From the NCBI GenBank assembly GCA_017509985.1, contig JAFWOE010000004.1, positions 63,100 through 127,099 of the forward strand: a DNA stretch of 64,000 nt, given 5' to 3'. This stretch comes from Lachnospiraceae bacterium (GTDB lineage Bacteria > Bacillota > Clostridia > Lachnospirales > Lachnospiraceae). This document shows, in pieces, positions 41,481-51,462 of the stretch. The notes below the pieces were generated by a model. The model did not search any database. It saw only the letters and a program-made list of their open reading frames with translations, and was not told the origin of the DNA. The first letter of the stretch is position 1. The number at the start of each line of letters is the position of its first letter. A program made the translations under genes and the position numbers.

Positions 41481-42395
41481 TCACAGTTTTACGGTTCCTA
41501 TTATTTCCTTAAGTTCTTTAATGCCGTATTTTTCCATGGCGACCGGCAGATCTTCGATGATCTTTTTGCAGGCGTACGGGTCGATCAGGTTTGCGGCGCC
41601 GACCTGTACTGCGCAGGCGCCCGCGAGCATCATTTCGATCACGTCATCCGCAGTGGAAACACCGCCCATGCCGACGACCGGGATCTTTACCGTGTGAGCC
41701 ACATCACAGACCATCCGCAGGGCGACCGGGAAGATCGCCGGGCCCGAGTAGCCGCCGGTAATATTGGCGATCACGGGCCTTCCTGTTTTCAGGTCGATCC
41801 GCATGCCCATCAGCGTATTGATCAGGCTGATCCCGTCGGCGCCGGCTTCTTCGCAGGCTGCCGCGATGGCTTTGATGTCGGTCACATTGGGCGAGAGCTT
41901 CATGATCACCGGTTTTGTCGTGACTGCCTTAACGGCGCGGGTGACTTCGGCGGCCATTTTCGCGTCCGTGCCGAAACTCATCCCGCCGCCGTGGACGTTC
42001 GGGCAGCTTATGTTAACCTCGATCCATCCTACAATGTCCTGTCTGTCCATCTTTTCACAGGTTTGAGTGTATTCGTCGATGGAGAAACCGCTGACATTGG
42101 CGATGATCTTTTTATGATAGATTTCCCGGAGCCGGGGCAGTTCCCGGCTGATGACTTTTTCCACGCCCGGGTTCTGCAGGCCTACGGCATTCAGCATGCC
42201 GCAGTTCCCTTCCGCGATACGCGGCGTGGGATTGCCGAAACGCTCGGAAAGAGTGGTTCCCTTGCATGAAAAAGTCCCGAGGATGTTGATATCATACCAT
42301 TCCGCAAATTCATACCCGTAGCCGAAGGTGCCGGACGCAGGTATGACCGGATTGTCCAGCTGAATGCCGCAGAGTTCTGTTGTTATGCCTGCCAC
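41481..42395 (-). CDS. pyrD: Dihydroorotate dehydrogenase 1B catalytic subunit
   Basis: Class-1B DHOD (…NPVIPASGTFG…). GTG start at 42395 with AAAGGAGGAG RBS, 12 nt after the pyrK stop. Confidence 0.9.
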   Translation of the reverse strand: MAGITTELCGIQLDNPVIPASGTFGYGYEFAEWYDINILGTFSCKGTTLSERFGNPTPRIAEGNCGMLNAVGLQNPGVEKVISRELPRLREIYHKKIIANVSGFSIDEYTQTCEKMDRQDIVGWIEVNISCPNVHGGGMSFGTDAKMAAEVTRAVKAVTTKPVIMKLSPNVTDIKAIAAACEEAGADGISLINTLMGMRIDLKTGRPVIANITGGYSGPAIFPVALRMVCDVAHTVKIPVVGMGGVSTADDVIEMMLAGACAVQVGAANLIDPYACKKIIEDLPVAMEKYGIKELKEIIGTVKL

Positions 42396-43117
42396 AGGAT
42401 CTCCTCCTTTTTCAGGACCGGACCGTCTTTGCAGATCCGTTTGTATCCGGTAATGGTCTTGCAGGAGCAGCCCATGCATGCTCCGAAGCCGCAGCCCATC
42501 CGTTCTTCAAAGCTGAACTCGCCGGAAGTAACGGTGCCGGCGTAAACGGCTTTCAGCATCGGGCCGGGGCCGCAGGTGTAAAAATACGTATAGTCTTCGG
42601 GAAGGGCATCGGTTACAAAGCCTTTTGTCCCATAGCTTCCGTCAACGGTCGTGACGGTAACTTCCGCGCCGAGTGCCCGGAATTCTTCTTCAAAGAAAAC
42701 CTCTTCCGCGGTATTGAAGCCCAGGATCACCTGCACTTTTACGCACCGGGCGATCAGTTTTCTGGCCAGATAATACATGGGCGGAACGCCGACGCCGCCG
42801 CCCAGAAGGACGGGGGCGGATCCGGCAGCATCGAGGTCGTATCCGTTTCCGAGGCCGCACAGAACGTCGAGCTCTTCCCCCGGCGCAAGTCCGGAGAGAA
42901 GCCCGGTGCCGCGCCCCACGGTCTTATAGATCACGGTCAGCGTGCCTTCGGAAGCGTCACAGACGGAGATCGGCCGCCGCAGGTAAAATTCCGGCAGTTT
43001 AATATTGATAAACTGCCCGGGTCTCGGTGTTTCGGAAAGCCGGCCGGCAAGACGCATCAGAAAAACGTCTTTTGCGAGTTTTCTGTTTTCCGTGATTTTC
43101 AGAATTGTATTTTCCAT
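42383..43117 (-). CDS. pyrK: Dihydroorotate dehydrogenase electron-transfer subunit PyrK
   Basis: 244 aa. FAD/NAD-binding plus C-terminal 2Fe-2S Cys cluster (CGFGACMGCSC). Start overlaps the carB stop. Confidence 0.9.
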   Translation of the reverse strand: MENTILKITENRKLAKDVFLMRLAGRLSETPRPGQFINIKLPEFYLRRPISVCDASEGTLTVIYKTVGRGTGLLSGLAPGEELDVLCGLGNGYDLDAAGSAPVLLGGGVGVPPMYYLARKLIARCVKVQVILGFNTAEEVFFEEEFRALGAEVTVTTVDGSYGTKGFVTDALPEDYTYFYTCGPGPMLKAVYAGTVTSGEFSFEERMGCGFGACMGCSCKTITGYKRICKDGPVLKKEEILWQA

Positions 43118-46100
43118 CAGCTGTCAATCGTTGAAATCGTGAGGGTGGTCTCTTCCAGAACATCGAGAAGGACTTTCACGGTGTCCAGAGAGGTAAACAT
43201 CGTAACATTGTATTCCGTTGCAAGGCGGCGGATCTGCAGGCCGTCACTTTCCTGATCTGCATGGCCGATATCCCTCGTGTTGATGACGTAGGCCAGGTAG
43301 CCCTGACGGATGGCGTTGGGGATCTCTTCGGAACCCTCGCCGAGCTTTTTCAGCACGTGGGTGCGGATGCCGTTCTTTTTAAGGAACTCTGCCGTGCCGC
43401 TGGTCGCCTGGATGTTGAAGCCCAGGTTGTAGAAACGCCGGATGAGAGGCAGAGCCTCTTCCTTATCCTTGTCTGCGATCGTCGCGAAGACGGTTCCGTA
43501 GTTCTGAAGCCTGGTACCGGAAGCCTGAAGCGCTTTGTAGAACGCACGGTTGAGCTTGTCGTCATAGCCGATCGTTTCGCCGGTGGATTTCATCTCCGGG
43601 GAAAGGTATGCGTCCAGTCCCTTGATCTTATTGAAGGAGAATACCGGAACTTTTACATAGTAGCGTTTCTTCTCTTCCGGATAGATCGTGAAGATGCCCT
43701 GCTCCTTGAGCGTCTTTCCGAGGATGACTTCCGTTGCGATATCCGCAAGCGAGTAGCCGGTCGATTTGGAAAGGAAGGGCACGGTACGGGAGGAGCGCGG
43801 GTTTACTTCTATAATATAGACATCTTCTTTCGGATCCACGATGAACTGGATGTTGTAAAGGCCGATGATGCCGAGGCCGAGCCCCAGCTTTTTGGCGTAC
43901 TGAAGGATGATGCCTTTGACCTTATCGGAGATCGAGAAGGTCGGATAAACGCTGATCGAGTCGCCGCTGTGGATACCCGTACGCTCTACCAGCTCCATGA
44001 TGCCGGGCACGAAAACGTCGTTTCCGTCGCAGATCGCGTCGACTTCGACTTCTTTTCCGGCGATGTATTTATCGACCAGGACGGGCTTGTCCACGTCGAT
44101 CTCGACCGCGGTCTTTAAGTACTGTTTCAGCTGCTCTTCGTTTGCTACGATCTGCATCGCGCGGCCGCCCAGTACGAAGCTCGGGCGGACCAGCACCGGA
44201 TAGCCGATCTCGGCCGCCGCGGCAAGGCCGTCTTCGATCCTTGTCACGGCTCTGCCCTTGGGCTGCGGGATGTTGAGGTCCAGAAGGACTTTTTCAAAGC
44301 TGTCACGGTTTTCGGCTTTTTCGATCGCTTCGTTGTCGGTTCCGATGATCTTTACACCGCGGTCCATGAGCGGCTGGGCCAGGTTGACGGCGGTCTGTCC
44401 GCCGAGGGACGCGATCACGCCTTCGGGATTCTCAAAGTCGACGATCGCCATCACGTCTTCCGGCGTAAGCGGTTCGAAATAGAGCTTGTCGGCGGTCTGG
44501 TAGTCGGTGGAAACCGTTTCCGGGTTGTTGTTGATAATGATGGCTTCGTAGCCGGAGCGCTTGATCGTCTGCACCGAATGAACGGTGGAGTAGTCGAACT
44601 CCACGCCCTGACCGATACGGATCGGGCCCGCGCCCAGAACGATGATCTTCTTTTTGTCCGTCAGCCGGGAATCGTTCTTTCCGGTATAGGAAGAATAAAG
44701 ATAGGCGATATACTTGCCGGTATGCAGCGTATCCACCATCCGGAAGACCGGTATGATGCCGTTCTCTTTTCTGAGCCGGCAGACGTCGAGTTCGTCCACG
44801 TTCCACAGGAACGCGATGTATTTATCGGAGAAGCCCATGGCCTTTGCTCTTTTAAGAACAATGATATTGCCGGGAGCTTCTTTCAGAAGGCCTTCCATAT
44901 CGACGATCTTTTTGATGCTTTCCAGGAAAAGATCCGTGATCATGGTTGCTTCATGCAGCTTTTCCAGAGAAACGCCGCGGCGGATCAGCTCGGTTACGGC
45001 AAAGATTCCGTCGGCACGGAAGTCGCTGATATAGTCAAAGAGTTCTTCATCAGAGAACGAGTCGAATTTCGGCATGTGCAGGTGACATACGCCGGTCTCC
45101 AGGGATCGGACGGATTTGAGCATGCATTCCTCCAGGTTCGAGCCGATGCCCATGACCTCGCCGGTCGCCTTCATCTGCGTTCCGAGGGTATTCGGAGCGG
45201 AAGTGAATTTATCAAAGGGGAAGCGGGGGAACTTTCCGACGATGTAGTCCAGGGAAGGCTCGATCGCTGCGGTTCCGCCGGCTACCGGGATCTCTTCCAG
45301 CAGCATGCCGACTGCGATCTTGGCCGTGACTTGGGCGATCGGATATCCGCTGGCCTTGGAAGCCAGGGCCGAGGAACGGGATACACGCGGGTTTACTTCT
45401 ATAAGGAAATATTCACTGGATTCGGGATTCAGTGCGAACTGTACGTTGCAGCCGCCTTCGATCTTTAATTCGCGGATGATCTTAATGGCGCTGTCGTTGA
45501 GCATTTTCAGGTCGTGGTCGTTCAGGGAGAGGATCGGAGCGACAACGATGGAGTCACCGGTATGAACGCCTACGGGATCCACGTTTTCCATGCCGCAGAT
45601 CGTGATCGCGTGATCGGCCGAGTCGCGCATGACTTCGAATTCGATTTCTTTATAGCCCTTTACGCTCTTTTCGACCAGCACCTGGTGTACGGGAGAAAGC
45701 TTAAAGGCATTGATGCCGATCTCGACAAGTTCTTCTTCGTTGTTGGCAAAGCCGCCGCCGGTCCCGCCGAGGGTGAAGGCCGGTCTCAAAACGACCGGAT
45801 ACCCGATGCTTTTTGCGGCCTCTTTGGCTTCTTCCAGGGAGTAGGTGATCTCCGAAGGAATGACGGGTTCGCCGATAGACTGGCACATTTCCTTGAACAG
45901 TTCGCGGTCTTCGGCGCGTTCAATGCTTTCTGCGGGAGTGCCTAAAAGCTCGACCTGGCATTCTTTCAGGACGCCTTTTTTCTGGAGCTGCATTGCCATG
46001 TTCAGACCCGTCTGCCCGCCGATACCGGGTACGATGGCGTCCGGCCTTTCGTAGCGCAGGATCTTGGCGATGTATTCAAGGGTGAGCGGCTCCATGTAGA

Positions 46101-46290
46101 CTTTGTCTGCGATCGTGGTATCGGTCATGATCGTTGCGGGATTCGAATTGCACAAGATGACTTCATAACCCTCTTCCTTGAGTGCAAGGCAGGCCTGCGT
46201 GCCGGCGTAGTCGAATTCCGCCGCCTGGCCGATGATGATCGGGCCGGAACCGATGATCAGTACTTTTTTGATATCTGTTCTTTTTGACAT
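43117..46290 (-). CDS. carB: Carbamoyl-phosphate synthase large subunit
   Basis: Two ATP-grasp halves plus MGS-like domain. Start ATG at 46290 with GGAGGAAACC RBS. No carA adjacent. Confidence 0.95.
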   Translation of the reverse strand: MSKRTDIKKVLIIGSGPIIIGQAAEFDYAGTQACLALKEEGYEVILCNSNPATIMTDTTIADKVYMEPLTLEYIAKILRYERPDAIVPGIGGQTGLNMAMQLQKKGVLKECQVELLGTPAESIERAEDRELFKEMCQSIGEPVIPSEITYSLEEAKEAAKSIGYPVVLRPAFTLGGTGGGFANNEEELVEIGINAFKLSPVHQVLVEKSVKGYKEIEFEVMRDSADHAITICGMENVDPVGVHTGDSIVVAPILSLNDHDLKMLNDSAIKIIRELKIEGGCNVQFALNPESSEYFLIEVNPRVSRSSALASKASGYPIAQVTAKIAVGMLLEEIPVAGGTAAIEPSLDYIVGKFPRFPFDKFTSAPNTLGTQMKATGEVMGIGSNLEECMLKSVRSLETGVCHLHMPKFDSFSDEELFDYISDFRADGIFAVTELIRRGVSLEKLHEATMITDLFLESIKKIVDMEGLLKEAPGNIIVLKRAKAMGFSDKYIAFLWNVDELDVCRLRKENGIIPVFRMVDTLHTGKYIAYLYSSYTGKNDSRLTDKKKIIVLGAGPIRIGQGVEFDYSTVHSVQTIKRSGYEAIIINNNPETVSTDYQTADKLYFEPLTPEDVMAIVDFENPEGVIASLGGQTAVNLAQPLMDRGVKIIGTDNEAIEKAENRDSFEKVLLDLNIPQPKGRAVTRIEDGLAAAAEIGYPVLVRPSFVLGGRAMQIVANEEQLKQYLKTAVEIDVDKPVLVDKYIAGKEVEVDAICDGNDVFVPGIMELVERTGIHSGDSISVYPTFSISDKVKGIILQYAKKLGLGLGIIGLYNIQFIVDPKEDVYIIEVNPRSSRTVPFLSKSTGYSLADIATEVILGKTLKEQGIFTIYPEEKKRYYVKVPVFSFNKIKGLDAYLSPEMKSTGETIGYDDKLNRAFYKALQASGTRLQNYGTVFATIADKDKEEALPLIRRFYNLGFNIQATSGTAEFLKKNGIRTHVLKKLGEGSEEIPNAIRQGYLAYVINTRDIGHADQESDGLQIRRLATEYNVTMFTSLDTVKVLLDVLEETTLTISTIDS

Positions 46291-46324
46291 GGTTTCCTCC
46301 TGAAAAATGGCTGGATAAAAGAAT

Positions 46325-46351
46325 GGCTTACAAAGGATTACTTTGTAAGCC
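46325..46351 (-). terminator. Terminator-like hairpin in the carB 5' leader (putative attenuator)
   Basis: Perfect ggcttacaaag-n5-ctttgtaagcc hairpin followed (on the - strand) by AUUCUUUUAUCC. It lies 35 nt upstream of the carB start codon and downstream of a TTGACA-17-TTATAA promoter (46465-46493, - strand). Confidence 0.5.
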
Positions 46352-46464
46352 AAAAATAAAATACTTAAAAAAGGAAATAGCGGAGGTACAGGCGAAGATT
46401 CTGTTGATGCTTTTTTCTGTGAATCGTCTGCTGCAAAATCATACCTCCAAAATAATCTAATGTT

Positions 46465-46493
46465 TTATAACACAGAATGGAGTTTCATGTCAA
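46465..46493 (-). promoter_or_regulatory. Putative sigma-A promoter of carB-pyrKDFE-pyrB
   Basis: TTGACA, 17 nt, TTATAA on the - strand. Confidence 0.4.
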
Positions 46494-46724
46494 TGCAAAT
46501 GCCGCTGAAAAATCCTGAAAAATAAAGTTTGTTTATCCTGCCGAAAACCGCAGAACGGGGGAGCTTATCCTTAGGGGGTTTTTCCGAAGATGAAGCTCTT
46601 ATTCAGGAAAGCTTGCATATATGAAACGAATGTGATATTATACAGAAACGTTAAAAAAATATTACATAATTATTTCGGGGCGAAGTCCTGAAAATATTAT
46701 GAACAGGAGACAACTTATTTTATA

Positions 46725-47963
46725 ATGAAATCTTTTTTTAGAAAAAAGCTGCTTTCGATCGTCCTGGCGGGCGTTCTTGTTTTCGGAAGCATTATTTATA
46801 CTGCAGCAGATGAATACGATGACGCGATCGCCGATATGGAAGCGGAGAGCGCATATACCCAGCAGGTGATCGACGATTACTATACCTCGCTGGACAATCT
46901 GCAGTATGAAAAAGAAATTCTGCTCGGGCAGATCGGTGAGACGGATGCGCAGCTCGTACTGACGCTGGCGTCGATCTCCACACTGAGCGACCAGATCAAT
47001 ATTAAAACACAGGACCTGAACCAGACCACCAAGGATCTGGAAGAAGCGGAAGAAGACGAAGCGGTCCAGTATGAGGCCATGAAAAAGCGCATACAGTACC
47101 TGTATGAGACCGGCGGAGAAGACGGCTGGGCGACATCGCTTCTGGAAGAATCAGACATTACCGATTATTTGAACCGCGCGGAATATACCCAGAAGATGTA
47201 CGAATACGACAGGGACTGTCTGGATGAATATGCCGCTACCGTTGACCGTGTCAGCACGCTTAAGTCACAGCAGGAGAATGAAAAAGCCGAACTGGAACTG
47301 ATGCGGGTCAATCAGGAAGAGCAGCAGGCGTATTTTGAAGAACAGCTCGCGATCATGTATTCCGAGTCTGACAATTACGAAGCGGAGATTGCGTACGCCT
47401 CGGAACAGGCGGCTGCCTATGTAGATCTTCTGAATGAACAGAATTATATCATTCAGGAACTGCTTTACGAACAGGAGATGGTACGGCAGGCGGAGGAAGC
47501 CGCACGCCTTGCCGCGGAGGAAGCCGCACGTCAGGCTGCGGAGGAAGAAGCCGCGAGACAGGCAGCCGAAGCCGCTGCTGCCGCAGCAGCCAGCCAGGGA
47601 GGAGGTGCCGCGGCGAGCTATTCGGAACCGGTCTATAACGCCGGTACCGGCAACGCTATTGTAGACCGTGCATATGCATGGGTCGGACGGGCAGAATATG
47701 TCTGGGGCGGCTGCAGTCCGGGAGCATTCGACTGTTCCGGCTTTGTATCTTACTGTGTGACCGGCGCCTATGCGCGTATCGGAACGACGTATACCTTCAT
47801 GGGCTGGCCGCAGGTTTCGGATCCCCAGCCGGGAGATATCTGCGTAAACAACGGTCACTGCGGGATCTATATCGGCGGAGGCCAGATGATCCACTGTGCC
47901 GATTACGGCATCGGTGTCATCATAGGGCCGGTAGCAGGAAATATGATCATTGTAAGATACTGA
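46725..47963 (+). CDS. Secreted coiled-coil + NlpC/P60 (C40) peptidoglycan endopeptidase, CwlO/PcsB-like, paralog 1
   Basis: Signal peptide. ~250-aa heptad-rich coiled-coil. AEEAARQAAEE low-complexity linker. C-terminal NlpC/P60 with Cys-His (DCSGFV…HCGIYIG). Confidence 0.85.
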   Translation: MKSFFRKKLLSIVLAGVLVFGSIIYTAADEYDDAIADMEAESAYTQQVIDDYYTSLDNLQYEKEILLGQIGETDAQLVLTLASISTLSDQINIKTQDLNQTTKDLEEAEEDEAVQYEAMKKRIQYLYETGGEDGWATSLLEESDITDYLNRAEYTQKMYEYDRDCLDEYAATVDRVSTLKSQQENEKAELELMRVNQEEQQAYFEEQLAIMYSESDNYEAEIAYASEQAAAYVDLLNEQNYIIQELLYEQEMVRQAEEAARLAAEEAARQAAEEEAARQAAEAAAAAAASQGGGAAASYSEPVYNAGTGNAIVDRAYAWVGRAEYVWGGCSPGAFDCSGFVSYCVTGAYARIGTTYTFMGWPQVSDPQPGDICVNNGHCGIYIGGGQMIHCADYGIGVIIGPVAGNMIIVRY

Positions 47964-48007
47964 TTATTGCAGGAGTATAAATTCTTTATAAAAAGAACCC
48001 CCTTCCC

Positions 48008-48040
48008 TTGCATGAGAAGGGGGTTTTATGATAGCATATA
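48008..48040 (+). terminator. Rho-independent terminator after paralog 1
   Basis: cccccttc-n10-gaaggggg + TTTTAT. The sequence is conserved after paralog 2. Confidence 0.7.
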
Positions 48041-48162
48041 TAAAGTTTAAGATTCTATTACATTACTGTTTCATATCCAGAAAAACAGAAACGGCCGCAT
48101 TTCGCTTTTTCCGACAGCGAGGCAGGTCCGTTTAAGATCGAGCATACAGGAGACTATTATTA

Positions 48163-49581
48163 ATGAAAAAGAAACTGTTTTCTCTGCTGCTTGCAGGCGC
48201 ACTTGTGCTCGGAATGCTGACCAGCGCCTTTGCAGATGAGATAAGTGATCTGGAAAGCGAAAACGAATACACGGAACAGCAGCTGCTGGATCTGAAGAGT
48301 TCAATCAGTGATATTGAAAACCAGAAGGCAGACCTTCTGGGAGACATTGACGAAAAAGAAAAAGAACTTGTACTGACGCTTGCCGCGATCTCTACGCTGA
48401 CCGAGCAGGTCGATATCAAGAATCAGGACCTGGCGCAGACCACAAAGGATCTGAAAACAGCCAAAGAAGACGAAAGCACTCAGTATGAGGCGATGAAGAA
48501 AAGGATCCAGTACCTTTATGAAACCGGCGGAGACGCCGGCTGGGCAGTGATCCTTCTGGAAGATTTAAGCATCACGGATTTCCTGAATCGGGCTGAGTAT
48601 ACGCAGCAGATGTACGATTACGACCGGCGCTGCCTGGAGGAATATGCTTCCACCGTAGAGCGGGTCAGCACGCTTAAAGAGCAGGAAGAAACAGAAAAAA
48701 CCGATCTGGAAAGGATGCTGACGAACCAGGAAGAGCAGCAGACTTATCTGGAAGAACAGCTGACCCTGCTGCGGGCAGAGTCCGACGATTATGAAAAGCA
48801 GCTGGCCGAAGCGACAGCAACGGCGGACGCTTATGTAACCCTGATCAATGAGCAGAACAGCATGATCCAGGAGCTGCTTGCAGAGCAGGAAAGACAGCGG
48901 GCAGCCCAGGAAGAAGCCAACCGTATTGCGGAAGAACAGGCAGCAGCGGCGGAAGAAGCGGCAAGAGCCGCAGAGGAAGCGGAAGCAGCAGCACAGGCGG
49001 CAGACGAGGCCGCAAGAGCACAGGCTGAAGCTGATGCAGAAGCTGCGAGAGCTGCCGCGGAAGCAGCGGCAGCAGACGCGCAGTATGCCGCGGCAGAAGC
49101 AGAGCGTGCAAGACAGGAAGAAGAAGCCCTGGCGGCTGCACTGCAGCAGGATACAGGTACAGAGGAGGTTCAGCAGGATAATCCGGTTAATACTGAGGAA
49201 CCTCAGGAGGTGCAGACGGAAGCACCTTATGTGCCGGAACAGCCACAGATATCTATCCCGTCGGGTTATCCCAATGTTGACCGTGCCGCGGCATGGATCG
49301 GCGTAGCCGAGTATTCCTATGGTGCCTGCAGCCCCGGCGTTTTTGACTGCTCCGGCTTTGTATCCTATTGTGTGACCGGAGGATACACGCGTGTCGGAAC
49401 AGCATACTCCTTTATGACAGGCTTCCCGCAGGTATCGGATCCGATCCCCGGAGATATCGCGAGCAACGGCGGACACTGCGGTATTTATATCGGCAACGGA
49501 ATGATGATCCATTGCGCCGATTACGGAATCGGTGTTATCGTCGGCCCCGTAGCGGACAATATGATTTTCACAAGGTATTAA
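48163..49581 (+). CDS. Coiled-coil + NlpC/P60 endopeptidase, paralog 2
   Basis: Same architecture. N-terminal 230 aa ~85% identical to paralog 3. Long A/E/Q-rich linker. Confidence 0.85.
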   Translation: MKKKLFSLLLAGALVLGMLTSAFADEISDLESENEYTEQQLLDLKSSISDIENQKADLLGDIDEKEKELVLTLAAISTLTEQVDIKNQDLAQTTKDLKTAKEDESTQYEAMKKRIQYLYETGGDAGWAVILLEDLSITDFLNRAEYTQQMYDYDRRCLEEYASTVERVSTLKEQEETEKTDLERMLTNQEEQQTYLEEQLTLLRAESDDYEKQLAEATATADAYVTLINEQNSMIQELLAEQERQRAAQEEANRIAEEQAAAAEEAARAAEEAEAAAQAADEAARAQAEADAEAARAAAEAAAADAQYAAAEAERARQEEEALAAALQQDTGTEEVQQDNPVNTEEPQEVQTEAPYVPEQPQISIPSGYPNVDRAAAWIGVAEYSYGACSPGVFDCSGFVSYCVTGGYTRVGTAYSFMTGFPQVSDPIPGDIASNGGHCGIYIGNGMMIHCADYGIGVIVGPVADNMIFTRY

Positions 49582-49633
49582 GAGCGCAGTAAAAAGGTAT
49601 TTTTACAGGAATATAAACAATTTATAAAATCGA

Positions 49634-49666
49634 CCCCCTTCTCTTGCATGAGAAGGGGGTTTTATG
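49634..49666 (+). terminator. Rho-independent terminator after paralog 2
   Basis: Same cccccttc…gaaggggg-TTTTAT hairpin as after paralog 1. Confidence 0.7.
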
Positions 49667-49815
49667 ATAGGATGTAAAAAGTTTTAAGATTTTATTACAT
49701 TATTATTTCAAATTTCAAACAAAATTCAGCCCTTCAGCCTCAGGCTGCGGGGCGTGCTATTCGGAAAAAACCGGCTGTGCGGAAGCCGCCGGTACTTTCA
49801 GGAGACCATAGACCG

Positions 49816-51264
49816 ATGAAAAAGAAATTGTTATCACTGCTGCTGGCGGGAGCGCTTCTGAGCGGAATGATGACCAGCGCCGGAGCAGATGAGATAAGTG
49901 ATCTGGAAAGTGAAAATGAATATACGGAGCAGCAGCTGCTGGACCTGAATGCGTCGATCAATGATATTGAAAACCAGAAAGCAGATCTTCTGGGTGATAT
50001 TGATGAAAAAGAAAAGGAACTTGTACTGACCCTTGCAGCGATCTCGACCCTGACAGACCAGATCGTGGTAAAAAACCAGGACCTGGCGCAGACCACAAAG
50101 GATCTGAATACGGCCAGGGAAGACGAAAGCGCCCAGTATGAGGCTATGAAGAAAAGGATCCAGTATCTTTATGAGACCGGCGGGGATGCCGGCTGGGCAT
50201 TGGTCCTGCTGGAGGATGTGAGCATTACCGAGTTCCTGAACCGTGCGGAATATACACAGCAGATGTACGACTATGACCGCCGCTGCCTGGCAGAATATGC
50301 AGAAACGGTCGAAAAAGTGACTTCGCTGAAGGAGAAGGAAGAACAGGAAAAGGCAGATCTTGAACTCATGCTGGTCAATCAGGAGGAACAGCAGGGACAT
50401 CTGGAAGGACAGCTTACGCAGCTCCGTGCCGAATCCGATAACTATGAGCAGCAGCTGGCCGATGCGGCGGCAACGGCGGATGCTTACGTGAACCTGATCA
50501 ATGAGCAGAACGCCATGATCCAGGAGCTCCTTGCGGAACAGGAAAGGCAGCGCGCAGCCCAGGAAGAAGCCGACCGCATTGCCGCAGAACAGGCCGCAGC
50601 GGCGGCAGAAGCCGCAAGAGCCGCAGCCGAAGCGGCAGAAGCCGCACAGACAGCGGCAGACGATGCGGCCAGGGCTCAGGCAGAAGCCGAAGCGGAAGAA
50701 GCACGTCAGTCGGCGGAAGCGGAAGCAGCAGAAGCGCAGGCAGCTGCAGAAGAAGCGGAACGTGCAAGGCAGGATGAAGAAGCGCTTGCCGCTGCAATGC
50801 AGCAGCAGGATGCGGAAGAACCTGTCAATACGGAAGAGCCCCAGGAGGCCTTTGCGGAAGAACCTCAGGGAATCACTGCGGAAGAGCCTCAGGAATCTCC
50901 GGCGGAAGAGACCGTTGCTGAAGAAGAACAGCAGGCCTATGTTTCGTCGGGAAATCCGGTCGTTGACCGGGCGTATGCCTGGGTCGGCAGAGCCGAATAT
51001 GTCTGGGGAGCCTGCAGCCCCGGAGCTTTCGATTGTTCCGGCTTTGTATCCTATTGCGTAACAGGGCAGTACGCGCGGATCGGAACGACCTATACGTTCA
51101 TGGGTTTCCCGCAGGTATCCGATCCCCAGCCCGGAGACATCTGCACCAGCGAGACGCACTGCGGAATCTATATCGGCGGCGGAATGATGATCCATGCATC
51201 GGATTACGGCATCGGAGTGATCATCAGCGAAGTCCGTCCCGGCATGATTTATGTAAGATACTAA
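49816..51264 (+). CDS. Coiled-coil + NlpC/P60 endopeptidase, paralog 3
   Basis: Start at ATG 49816 (MKKKLLSLLLAG…) with CAGGAGACC RBS. Same architecture. Confidence 0.85.
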   Translation: MKKKLLSLLLAGALLSGMMTSAGADEISDLESENEYTEQQLLDLNASINDIENQKADLLGDIDEKEKELVLTLAAISTLTDQIVVKNQDLAQTTKDLNTAREDESAQYEAMKKRIQYLYETGGDAGWALVLLEDVSITEFLNRAEYTQQMYDYDRRCLAEYAETVEKVTSLKEKEEQEKADLELMLVNQEEQQGHLEGQLTQLRAESDNYEQQLADAAATADAYVNLINEQNAMIQELLAEQERQRAAQEEADRIAAEQAAAAAEAARAAAEAAEAAQTAADDAARAQAEAEAEEARQSAEAEAAEAQAAAEEAERARQDEEALAAAMQQQDAEEPVNTEEPQEAFAEEPQGITAEEPQESPAEETVAEEEQQAYVSSGNPVVDRAYAWVGRAEYVWGACSPGAFDCSGFVSYCVTGQYARIGTTYTFMGFPQVSDPQPGDICTSETHCGIYIGGGMMIHASDYGIGVIISEVRPGMIYVRY

Positions 51265-51297
51265 ACAATCCCCTTTTGATCCATACACTCACAAAAA

Positions 51298-51350
51298 GCC
51301 CGGGAAACACGAAAAGCAGGCTTCTGCCGGAAGGCTTCCCGGGTTTTTTG
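51298..51350 (+). terminator. Rho-independent terminator after paralog 3
   Basis: gcccgggaa…ttcccggg stem followed by TTTTTTG. Confidence 0.7.
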
Positions 51351-51462
51351 TACTTTTCTTTTCAGTTTTTTACTGTTTTCCCCCTTATGTTTTCGGCTGA
51401 AAAATGCTATAATTTCAATATATACAGCAGATAGACAGCGACTTAAGAAGAAAGCAGATCAG

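Noticed and set aside
40956-42269. 437-aa plus-strand ORF
   Set aside because: Antisense to pyrF/pyrD, which have clear homology. Spurious.
49834-51288. 484-aa minus-strand ORF (and similar at 48565-49512, 47265-47894)
   Set aside because: Antisense to the NlpC/P60 paralogs. Low-complexity R/F/C-rich translation.
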